Source: Candidatus Multivoradales bacterium
GTDB lineage: Bacteria > Acidobacteriota > Thermoanaerobaculia > Multivoradales > J023
NCBI GenBank assembly: GCA_965248925.1
Contig: CBDFLE010000005.1
Coordinates: forward strand, 160,001 to 224,000
Direction of reading: 5' to 3'
DNA: 64,000 bases
Part shown: piece after piece, positions 57,197 through 64,000 of the stretch
How the letters are laid out: each line of letters begins with the position of its first letter
How positions within the stretch are numbered: the stretch's first letter is position 1
The notes under the pieces: generated by a model
Seen by the model: the letters and a program-made list of their open reading frames with translations, nothing else
Told to the model about the DNA's origin: nothing
Databases searched by the model: none
Translations under genes and position numbers: made by a program

Positions 57197-58792
57197 TCAG
57201 TCAACGACGATCAGTTCCGCTAGACGGCTGTCGGCGATGAACAGGCGGCCGGCTCCATCGACCGTCAGGTCCACAGGGTTGCGCAGTTCGAGGCCGCCGG
57301 CTAACTGCGGCCCCAAGCTGCGGACGGCTTGGCCATCGGGGCCGTAGATATCGACTCGACGATTGCCCCGATCGAGGACGAAAACATAGCCCAACCCGTC
57401 GACGGCGAGTGCCAACGGGCGTTTCCAATTTCCCCGTGCCACGGTGCCGGTCGGTTGGCCGTTGAGTCCTACCCGCAGAACTTGTTGGCCATCGGCGTCC
57501 AAGATGTAGATGCGGCCGCGATTGTCGCGCGCCAAGTCCACCAGTTGCGGACGGGTGGTGGCGTAGAGTTCTTTCGGCGGGGCATCCTGGCTGGTGAAGT
57601 GAAGTAGGCTGCGGGCGCTCTTTTGCAGCACGAACCAGTCGCCGAAGGGGCCGCGCTCGGCAGCGGCCAGACTGCGCAGGGGAGCGCCGCGACTGGAACC
57701 GGGGTCGGTCAGTTGGACGCGGGCACCGGTGAGTGCTCGCATCAGGGTGTCGCTGAGCACCAACCAGGGCTCGCCGTCAAAGCTCCACCAGGGTCGGTCG
57801 GCACCGCGCACGGAACGAGTCCGCAGCAGTTCGCCAGCGGGGGAAATCACCGCGGCGATGCTCTGGCGGTCGTCGAGTAGGAGGATGCGACCCCGATGGT
57901 CGGCCGCTACACCCGCCGCCGCTCGCAACTCCAAACCTCGAACTGGGAAACTCAGTACCCGGCCAAAGGGATCCTGGCCGGCGAGCGGCCTCAGCACCCG
58001 CCGCTGGATCAAGCCGAGTAGCTGGCGGGCCTGCCAAGCGATGTCCTGCCGCAGCTCCTGCTCGGAGTCGGTGGGCTGATCGGGCGGTTGACTGTCGATC
58101 GCTTGTTGCAAAACTTCACTGGCGGTAAGCCATTCGCCGCTGCGCAGCAAGGCTTGGCCGAGGATCAGCAAGCCGCGGCTGTTCCAAGAACTGGGAGGCT
58201 CGTCCTCTACCGCGCTGAGGGCGGCAACCGCGGCGGCTGTTGGGTCGTCGAGCAGCAGATCGATCTCGGCGGCACGGATCAGGGCTTGTTGGCGAGCGGC
58301 GAGACGGGGATAGCGCTCCTGGCCGAAGAGTAGGGCAACTCGGCGCAAGCGGGTGCGGACCTCTTCGTAGGTGGCGCGAGAAGAGGAGCCGGCGAGCCGT
58401 ATCTCGGCATCGAGCAGGCTGGCCTCGGCAGCTTGCGGCGCCTGGGGATAACTGGTCACCAACCGATCGAGAGCGCCGCGAGTGGCATTCAGATCGCCGA
58501 TCAAGCGATTCAGCTGGGCGCTCTGCAACCAGGCGTGGGGTGCCAGGGGGTCGTCGGCGAAGCGTTCGGTCAGAAGGCTTAGCTCACCTACCGCGGCGGC
58601 CGGATCGCCGGCCTTGGCTAGCCGCGCGGCTTCAGTCCACAGGCGCTGGGCAGCCGCGCTCTGGGCATCGAGAGGGGGCGCGAGCAGCAGGGCGAGCATC
58701 GCCAATCGCGCTAGCCTAGCGCAGAGCCGGCGCAAACTAGCGTGCCCCATGAAAGGCTGGTGATGGTGGAGATTTGGAATTGGCGACTCCAT
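57197..58792 (-). CDS. Secreted TPR + NHL-repeat beta-propeller protein
   Basis: BamD/TPR-like N-terminus (YPQAPQA); NHL repeats P.ALAVD..GYVFVLDRGNRRV and P.DLTVD..GRLFIAD; start may be 58750. Confidence 0.8.
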   Translation of the reverse strand: MESPIPNLHHHQPFMGHASLRRLCARLARLAMLALLLAPPLDAQSAAAQRLWTEAARLAKAGDPAAAVGELSLLTERFADDPLAPHAWLQSAQLNRLIGDLNATRGALDRLVTSYPQAPQAAEASLLDAEIRLAGSSSRATYEEVRTRLRRVALLFGQERYPRLAARQQALIRAAEIDLLLDDPTAAAVAALSAVEDEPPSSWNSRGLLILGQALLRSGEWLTASEVLQQAIDSQPPDQPTDSEQELRQDIAWQARQLLGLIQRRVLRPLAGQDPFGRVLSFPVRGLELRAAAGVAADHRGRILLLDDRQSIAAVISPAGELLRTRSVRGADRPWWSFDGEPWLVLSDTLMRALTGARVQLTDPGSSRGAPLRSLAAAERGPFGDWFVLQKSARSLLHFTSQDAPPKELYATTRPQLVDLARDNRGRIYILDADGQQVLRVGLNGQPTGTVARGNWKRPLALAVDGLGYVFVLDRGNRRVDIYGPDGQAVRSLGPQLAGGLELRNPVDLTVDGAGRLFIADSRLAELIVVD

Positions 58793-58842
58793 CAGCTAGG
58801 TTAGTCGGTGGTGGTCGATCACAGCGTCGATCAAGGTGTCGG

Positions 58843-58873
58843 TCACGGTCAAGATCACGGTCAAGATCACGGT
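58843..58873. repeat. 12-bp tandem repeat TCACGGTCAAGA, about 2.6 copies
   Basis: Copies at 58843, 58855 and a partial copy at 58867 overlapping the kinase stop codon. Confidence 0.8.
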
Positions 58874-60924
58874 GCGGCCACGAAGATGCGCTGTGCTGGC
58901 TGGTTGATGTCGATGGTGATTCTCTTGCTGCGTTGCAAGCGGGGCCAATCAAACAAGAACTCGTGCTCACCCGCGGCCAGACGGCGGTCGTGGATAGGCG
59001 TGAAGTCGACCACCTGCCCGTCGATGCTGACTTGGCAGTTGGCCGGCGAGGCGACGATCCGCACCGCATAAGCGACCGGCACCGCTAATTTTTCGTGCTC
59101 ACCGCTGCGCAGCGCGACTTGGTAAGTCTGCCTGAAGAAGAAAGCCTCTGCAACCAGCTCGATGCGGTAGTCGCCGGGAGGCAAGTCGATCCGCTGACGC
59201 TCTGCAGCTGGCCAGCGTTTGCCGGCGACGCGGACCGCGATCGGGAAGTTGGCATCGATAGCGATCACCCCCGCGGGGATAACCTGTCGCAGGGGAAGGT
59301 GCAGCCGGCCGCTGGCTGCTTGACTGTCGTCGAGGTGGTCCAGGTCGAGGACCCAGCTGGCTGGGTGATAGCCGTCGAGCTGGAGTTCAAGTTGGTACTC
59401 GCGGTGGCGCTCGAAAGTGATCTCGGCCGGGGTTAGTTGCTCGCTGGCCACGCCATCGATCAGCAGCCGAGCCCCTGCCGGGGCGGTGGTCACGGTGAGC
59501 AAGCGCTGCGCTGGCGGCGAGGCGTTCCAAGCCGGGGGTAGTTCAGCGCCGAGGACGAAAGTTCGCTCGGCAATCAGTCGCTGCCCATCGCGCACCGCCA
59601 GGCGGATTTCGCTGCCGAGTTCACCGTCGAGTTCGATCTCGGCTGGAGTTACCAAACCACTGTCGACACCGTCGCGCCAGATTGCCGCACCCTCGATCTC
59701 GGAGATCACCGGCAGGCGGTAGGGGCCGGCGGCTTGCTCCGCCGGTGCTGCAGTCGCGGCCAAGCCTGGGTCGACGGTGGCCGCAGTAGTTGGCGTGTCT
59801 GTGGACTTGTTGGTCGGCTCGGCAGAGTCGGTGGCACCGCCGCCGAACCACCACCAAGTGGTGGTCGCACTCATCGCCAATAGCGCCAGGCCCAGCCCCA
59901 CGTTGCGGACCAAGTGGCCGCTGCCGGCGGTTGCACGTGCACGCTCGGCAATCACTTGCGGTTCGTTAGCGGCGCCGATCTCGAGCCCCAGGTCGAGATC
60001 GGCGGGAGGCCGCTGATCGAGAACATGGTGGGTGTCGATGGGTTGGGTCACGAGAATGCTGGCGGACGGGTCGGCGGGCGTTCCGAGTGCTTGCCGCTGT
60101 TGCGCTCCCAGAGCTTCGGCCAAGGCTGCGACCATTTCGCTACAGCTTGAGAAGCGGTCGCTCGGGGCCTTGGCCAGGGCGTGGAGCAAGACCTCGTCGA
60201 CCGGCGAAGGCAGCGCGTGATTCTTCAGCTGCGGCCGCTGCGGCTCTTCGTGGACGATACGGTAGAGCACCGAGGATGGATGCTCGCCAGCGAAGGGCTG
60301 GCTGCCGGTGAGCATCAGGTAGAGGATGACCGCCAGCGAGAATTGATCGGCCCGGCCATTGACTGGCTGTCCGAGGATCTGTTCCGGCGCCATGAATGCC
60401 GGGGTACCCACCGTGCGGCCGGTTTGGGTGAGCTGGGCCGAGCGCAGCTTGGCGACGCCGAAGTCAGTGATCTTGGCGTTGCCGCCTTCGTCAAAGAGGA
60501 TGTTGGCCGGCTTGATATCGCGGTGGACAATGCCTTGATCGTGAGCATAGTCGAGGCCACTGGCGATTTGTTGAGCGGTCTTCAGCACCTCGCTCGCGGG
60601 CATTGGGGCACCGCGCAGGCGTTGGTCGAGGCTGTCTCCCTCGATGTATTCCATGGCGATGAAGTAGCTGCCATCGCCGCTGCCGACATCGTAGATGGTC
60701 ACGATGTTGGGATGCGACAACCTGCCGGCGGCGCGAAACTCTTGCTCGAACCGGGCCTCGATCTCAGCTCGCTCGGGGGTGGAGAACGCGGCGTCAAGGC
60801 GCAGTTCCTTGATCGCTATCGTACGACCAATCAGCGGATCGTGAGCTTGGTAAACCGTGCCCATGCCGCCACGTCCCAACACACCATCGGTTTTGAACCG
60901 GCCAAATCGCTTGCTCTCGGTCAC
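58867..60924 (-). CDS. Transmembrane Hanks-type Ser/Thr protein kinase with extracytoplasmic PEGA domains
   Basis: GRGGMG, AIK, HRDIKPAN, DFG, APE; TM segment; PEGA-like repeats (TTAPAGARLLIDG, ASPANCQVSIDG). Confidence 0.93.
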   Translation of the reverse strand: MTESKRFGRFKTDGVLGRGGMGTVYQAHDPLIGRTIAIKELRLDAAFSTPERAEIEARFEQEFRAAGRLSHPNIVTIYDVGSGDGSYFIAMEYIEGDSLDQRLRGAPMPASEVLKTAQQIASGLDYAHDQGIVHRDIKPANILFDEGGNAKITDFGVAKLRSAQLTQTGRTVGTPAFMAPEQILGQPVNGRADQFSLAVILYLMLTGSQPFAGEHPSSVLYRIVHEEPQRPQLKNHALPSPVDEVLLHALAKAPSDRFSSCSEMVAALAEALGAQQRQALGTPADPSASILVTQPIDTHHVLDQRPPADLDLGLEIGAANEPQVIAERARATAGSGHLVRNVGLGLALLAMSATTTWWWFGGGATDSAEPTNKSTDTPTTAATVDPGLAATAAPAEQAAGPYRLPVISEIEGAAIWRDGVDSGLVTPAEIELDGELGSEIRLAVRDGQRLIAERTFVLGAELPPAWNASPPAQRLLTVTTAPAGARLLIDGVASEQLTPAEITFERHREYQLELQLDGYHPASWVLDLDHLDDSQAASGRLHLPLRQVIPAGVIAIDANFPIAVRVAGKRWPAAERQRIDLPPGDYRIELVAEAFFFRQTYQVALRSGEHEKLAVPVAYAVRIVASPANCQVSIDGQVVDFTPIHDRRLAAGEHEFLFDWPRLQRSKRITIDINQPAQRIFVAAP

Positions 60925-61505
60925 TCGGGAATCACTCCGCAGGGTCTGCGCCTGAAGATTGGCGCCGGATGAGAGGCTGATTGTAGCGCGGGTGGGGTGG
61001 GTGCGGCGTCAATTCGATCGACTCGAAGCCAGCTTCGGCGGCCCACCGCTGGGTGAGTAAGAATGGGCTTGCAAAGTTGAATATTTCAATAGCTGCTGCG
61101 CCAGAACGTAGGACCTACTTGCTGCCGTAGCGGCGACTCCGAGCGGAAGTGATTGGCCAATGAATAGCTCCCTTGGGACTAGCAATTGCCCACGGATCTG
61201 GCACAATGCCCAGGCAGAGAGAGCTAAATTTTCTTTTTTCGAGCTTCTGGGGAATCCTCCCACGAGCCAGCGTCTGGCAGCGTCTTCAGATCTATGCGGT
61301 AGATCTATCCGGGGTCCGAAGGCGCGCAACACTGCGGACCCGCCTTGCCCGCTCGCCTTGATGGCACTTGGCAGCGGTGTGGGGAGAGACAAGTTCACTG
61401 ACCGACCTCGTAGTCGGCGTGCGGCTTTTTGGTGTTCGTCCGAGCCGAGCTGTAGTTGGCAGCCGGGCAACGCTGGAACCACGCGCTTCGGGGAGGAGAT
61501 CGACC

Positions 61506-64000
61506 ATGAATCGTAGACTGCTGGTGCCGCTGGCTCTGTCCCTATTGCTCACCTTGATGTTCGCTAGCGCTGCTTCGGCGGTAGATTTTCTGGTCTATCT
61601 GGATCTTGACGATGATGCGGCCAGTGGCTGCGCGGTGGCTACTGCCGACGGTCCTTTCCCCGGCGTCGAAGAGATTCTCGTGACCACCGTAGAGACTGGC
61701 CAGGTGATTGCCTTGGCGCGCCAGACCTGCGTCGACCCGGGAACTGATACTTTTTCGGCGCCGGTCGCCATCGGCGCCCCCTTTGCCCCCCCATGGCCGG
61801 TTGGCTCCGGCCTAGGCACCTTCGGCAGCGATGTGGTCGAGACTTTTTATCCGCTAGACGCGGGCTGTGATGTGGTGCGCTTGGGTTATGCCTCGGCGAT
61901 CGCGGGAGCAAGCGGCGACGCTCTGCTGACCGTCGATGGCAGTGGCGGCGGCTCGCCGATCCGGCTCGATTGCCGCGGTGTGTTAGAGATCCCCACCCTG
62001 TCGCAGTGGGCGTTGATGTTGCTGGCCGCCTTGCTGAGCATCGCCGCCTGGCGCTTGCTGCGGCGCCATCCGTCGAGCACCGCCGCCCTGGTCTTGGTAG
62101 CGGTGCTAATGAGCGCTTTCGCCGGTGTGGTGTGGGCGATGGTGATGCTCGACGGCGACCCCGGTGATTGGGTGGGTCTCGACGCCACCTTGGCCGACGA
62201 TGCCACTGGCGACGCCCCGACCAGCGGCGACATTCTGGCCACGTTCGCCTCGCAGGATCTCGATCAAGGGGTGATTTTCTTCCGCTTCGACGTCACCACC
62301 AACAGTTCACCGATCGCGGTGGACGATGTCTTTGCCACCGACGAAGACACATTGCTGATGGGCGACGTCTTGGCCGCCAACCCGACCACTGCCGATTCCG
62401 ATCCCGACGGCGACCCGCTGAGCGTGGTCGAGGTCGATGGCAACGGCGCTGATGTCGGGGTGCAGATCACCCTGAGCTCGGGCGCTCTGCTGACTTTGAA
62501 CGCCAATGGCACCTTCGCCTACGACCCCAACGGTGCCTTCGAATCGATGGGCGATGCCGATAGCGCCCAAGACGTTTTCGACTACACCATCACCGACGGC
62601 AATGGTGGCATCGATACGGCGACAGTGACGATTGATGTTGCCGGCGTCAACGACTGCCCAGCGGCGGTGGACGACGCGGTGTCAACCGGCGAGAGCACGG
62701 TGTTGAACGGCGATGTGCTGGTGGCCAACCCGACCACGCCGGACAGCGATCCGGAGGGCGATACGCTGATCGTGACCGAGGTCGACGGCAATGCCGCGGA
62801 TGTCGGCGTACAGGTCACCTTGGCTTCCGGAGCCTTGCTGACGGTCAACGCCAACGGCACCTTTACCTACGATCCGAACGGCGCTTTCGACAGCCTGGGT
62901 GATGGCGAGAGCGACACTGACAGCTTCACTTACACCGTCGACGACGGCTCGGGCACCTGCTCGGCGACGGCGACGGTGACGGTGACCATCAACGGCAACA
63001 ACTCCTGCCCGACGGCGGTGGACGACGCGGTCAGCACCGACGAGGACTCGTTGCTTAACGGTAATGTTCTAGTCGCCAACCCGACCACGACCGACTCCGA
63101 TCCCGATGGTGATCCGCTGACGGTGATCGCGGTCAACGGCAACCTGGCCAACGTCGGGGTGCAGATCACTCTCGCTTCGGGGGCTCTGCTGACGGTCAAC
63201 GCCAATGGCACCTTCAGCTACGACCCCAACGGCGCCTTCAACAGCCTCGGCGTCGGCGACAGCGATAGCGATAGCTTCACCTACACCGTCGACGACGGCT
63301 CAGGCACCTGCTCGGAGACGGCAACGGTGACGGTCACCATCTCCGGCGTCAACGACTGCCCGACGGCGGTGGACGATGCGGTGTCGACCGACGAAGACAC
63401 GGTGCTCAACGGTGATGTCACCACCGCCAACCCGACCACTGCCGACAGTGATCCCGAAGGCGACACCCTGGTGGTGACGGCGGTCAATGGCAATGGCGCC
63501 AACGTCGGCGTGCAAATCGCTTTGGGCGCCGGCTTGGTGACGGTCAATGCCAACGGCACCTTCAGTTTCGACCCCAACGGTGGTTTCGATTCTCTGGGTG
63601 TGGGCGAGATGGCGACTGAGATGTTCACCTACACCCTCGATGACGGTTCGGGCACCTGCTCGGAGACCGCCACCGTGACGGTGACCATCATCGGTGTCAA
63701 CGACCTGCCGATGGTGGCGGGGGAGACCTTCGACGATGTGGCCAACACCTTGCTACAGGTGGCGGCGAGCCAGACCTCGACCCCCTCGGTCTTCGTCATG
63801 GGTTCGCTGTTGTCCAACGACAGCGATGGCGATGGACCTAGCCCGCTGACCGCTTCTCTCAACACGGCGACTGTCGGGGCGGTGGTGACGGTGGCCGCGG
63901 ACGGCACCTTCACTTACCTGCCGCCAGCCGGGATGACCGCTAGCGACTCCTTCACCTACGACGTCAGCGATGGCTCAGGATCGACCACGGCGACGGTAAC
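61506..64000 (+). CDS. Large secreted adhesin-like protein with an internal IPTL-CTERM motif and tandem cadherin/Ig-like repeats (3' end outside the window)
   Basis: GGGGAGGAG RBS and ATG 61506; signal peptide MNRRLLVPLALSLLLTLMFASAASA; frame open to the window end, so absent from the ORF track; translated by hand. Confidence 0.88.
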   Translation, partial: MNRRLLVPLALSLLLTLMFASAASAVDFLVYLDLDDDAASGCAVATADGPFPGVEEILVTTVETGQVIALARQTCVDPGTDTFSAPVAIGAPFAPPWPVGSGLGTFGSDVVETFYPLDAGCDVVRLGYASAIAGASGDALLTVDGSGGGSPIRLDCRGVLEIPTLSQWALMLLAALLSIAAWRLLRRHPSSTAALVLVAVLMSAFAGVVWAMVMLDGDPGDWVGLDATLADDATGDAPTSGDILATFASQDLDQGVIFFRFDVTTNSSPIAVDDVFATDEDTLLMGDVLAANPTTADSDPDGDPLSVVEVDGNGADVGVQITLSSGALLTLNANGTFAYDPNGAFESMGDADSAQDVFDYTITDGNGGIDTATVTIDVAGVNDCPAAVDDAVSTGESTVLNGDVLVANPTTPDSDPEGDTLIVTEVDGNAADVGVQVTLASGALLTVNANGTFTYDPNGAFDSLGDGESDTDSFTYTVDDGSGTCSATATVTVTINGNNSCPTAVDDAVSTDEDSLLNGNVLVANPTTTDSDPDGDPLTVIAVNGNLANVGVQITLASGALLTVNANGTFSYDPNGAFNSLGVGDSDSDSFTYTVDDGSGTCSETATVTVTISGVNDCPTAVDDAVSTDEDTVLNGDVTTANPTTADSDPEGDTLVVTAVNGNGANVGVQIALGAGLVTVNANGTFSFDPNGGFDSLGVGEMATEMFTYTLDDGSGTCSETATVTVTIIGVNDLPMVAGETFDDVANTLLQVAASQTSTPSVFVMGSLLSNDSDGDGPSPLTASLNTATVGAVVTVAADGTFTYLPPAGMTASDSFTYDVSDGSGSTTATV
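62301..63698 (+). repeat. Four tandem 348-351 bp coding repeats (116-117 aa Ig/cadherin-like units); a divergent fifth unit follows
   Basis: Units start at 62301, 62649, 63000 and 63351, fifth at 63699; typical motifs P.AVDD, NPTT.DSDP.GD.L, NANGTF.YDPNG.F. Confidence 0.9.

Noticed and set aside
57191-60924. The kinase and PEGA-PDZ ORFs both begin MTESK in the ORF track
   Set aside because: The second depends on a TTG overlapping the upstream stop region; ATG 57186 is more plausible, so this is likely coincidence
61009-61482. 157-aa and 118-aa ORFs in the divergent intergenic region
   Set aside because: Atypical codon use, no motifs, and they overlap presumed promoter DNA
62301-63698. Long tandem repeats as a CRISPR array or mobile element
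   Set aside because: Unit lengths are multiples of three (348-351 bp), in frame, and encode Ig-like domains; no spacers or cas genes

Overview
GC-rich bacterial chromosomal window, mostly housekeeping genes with a few accessory islands. The gene families and protein tags suggest Acidobacteriota (Thermoanaerobaculia-like); this is inference. Core content: ABC permease (partial), class-V PLP enzyme, M20 deacylase, YafY/WYL regulator with a DinB gene, ccsA-hemA-hemC-hemD, icmF, romR-like-birA-coaX, comEC-miaA-hfq, pgsA, rsmD, pncB-nadE-pncA, metG, S9 peptidase, transsulfuration enzyme, rnhA, isoaspartyl peptidase and YyaL. Accessory content: a signal-peptide-bearing Rhs polymorphic toxin with a candidate immunity gene between two FHA signalling genes, a RES toxin-antitoxin pair, a Ser/Thr kinase-PEGA/NHL/PDZ operon, and a large adhesin-like ORF that runs off the window end and is missing from the ORF track. 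Most notable observations: (1) this adhesin has an internal IPTL-CTERM sorting signal followed directly by a second signal-like segment (possible polyprotein), plus Cys pairs that co-vary across its Ig-like repeats; (2) the Rhs appears Sec-exported and carries an unassigned toxin tip; (3) Hfq has naturally substituted distal-face and rim residues; (4) tandem NrtR-like boxes lie before pncA and a palindrome lies before the DinB gene; (5) RNase HI has an N-terminal Zn-ribbon; (6) one gene looks like a DUF1287 chimera. No rRNA, tRNA, CRISPR array or transposase was recognised. All calls come from reading motifs by eye, with no database searches.
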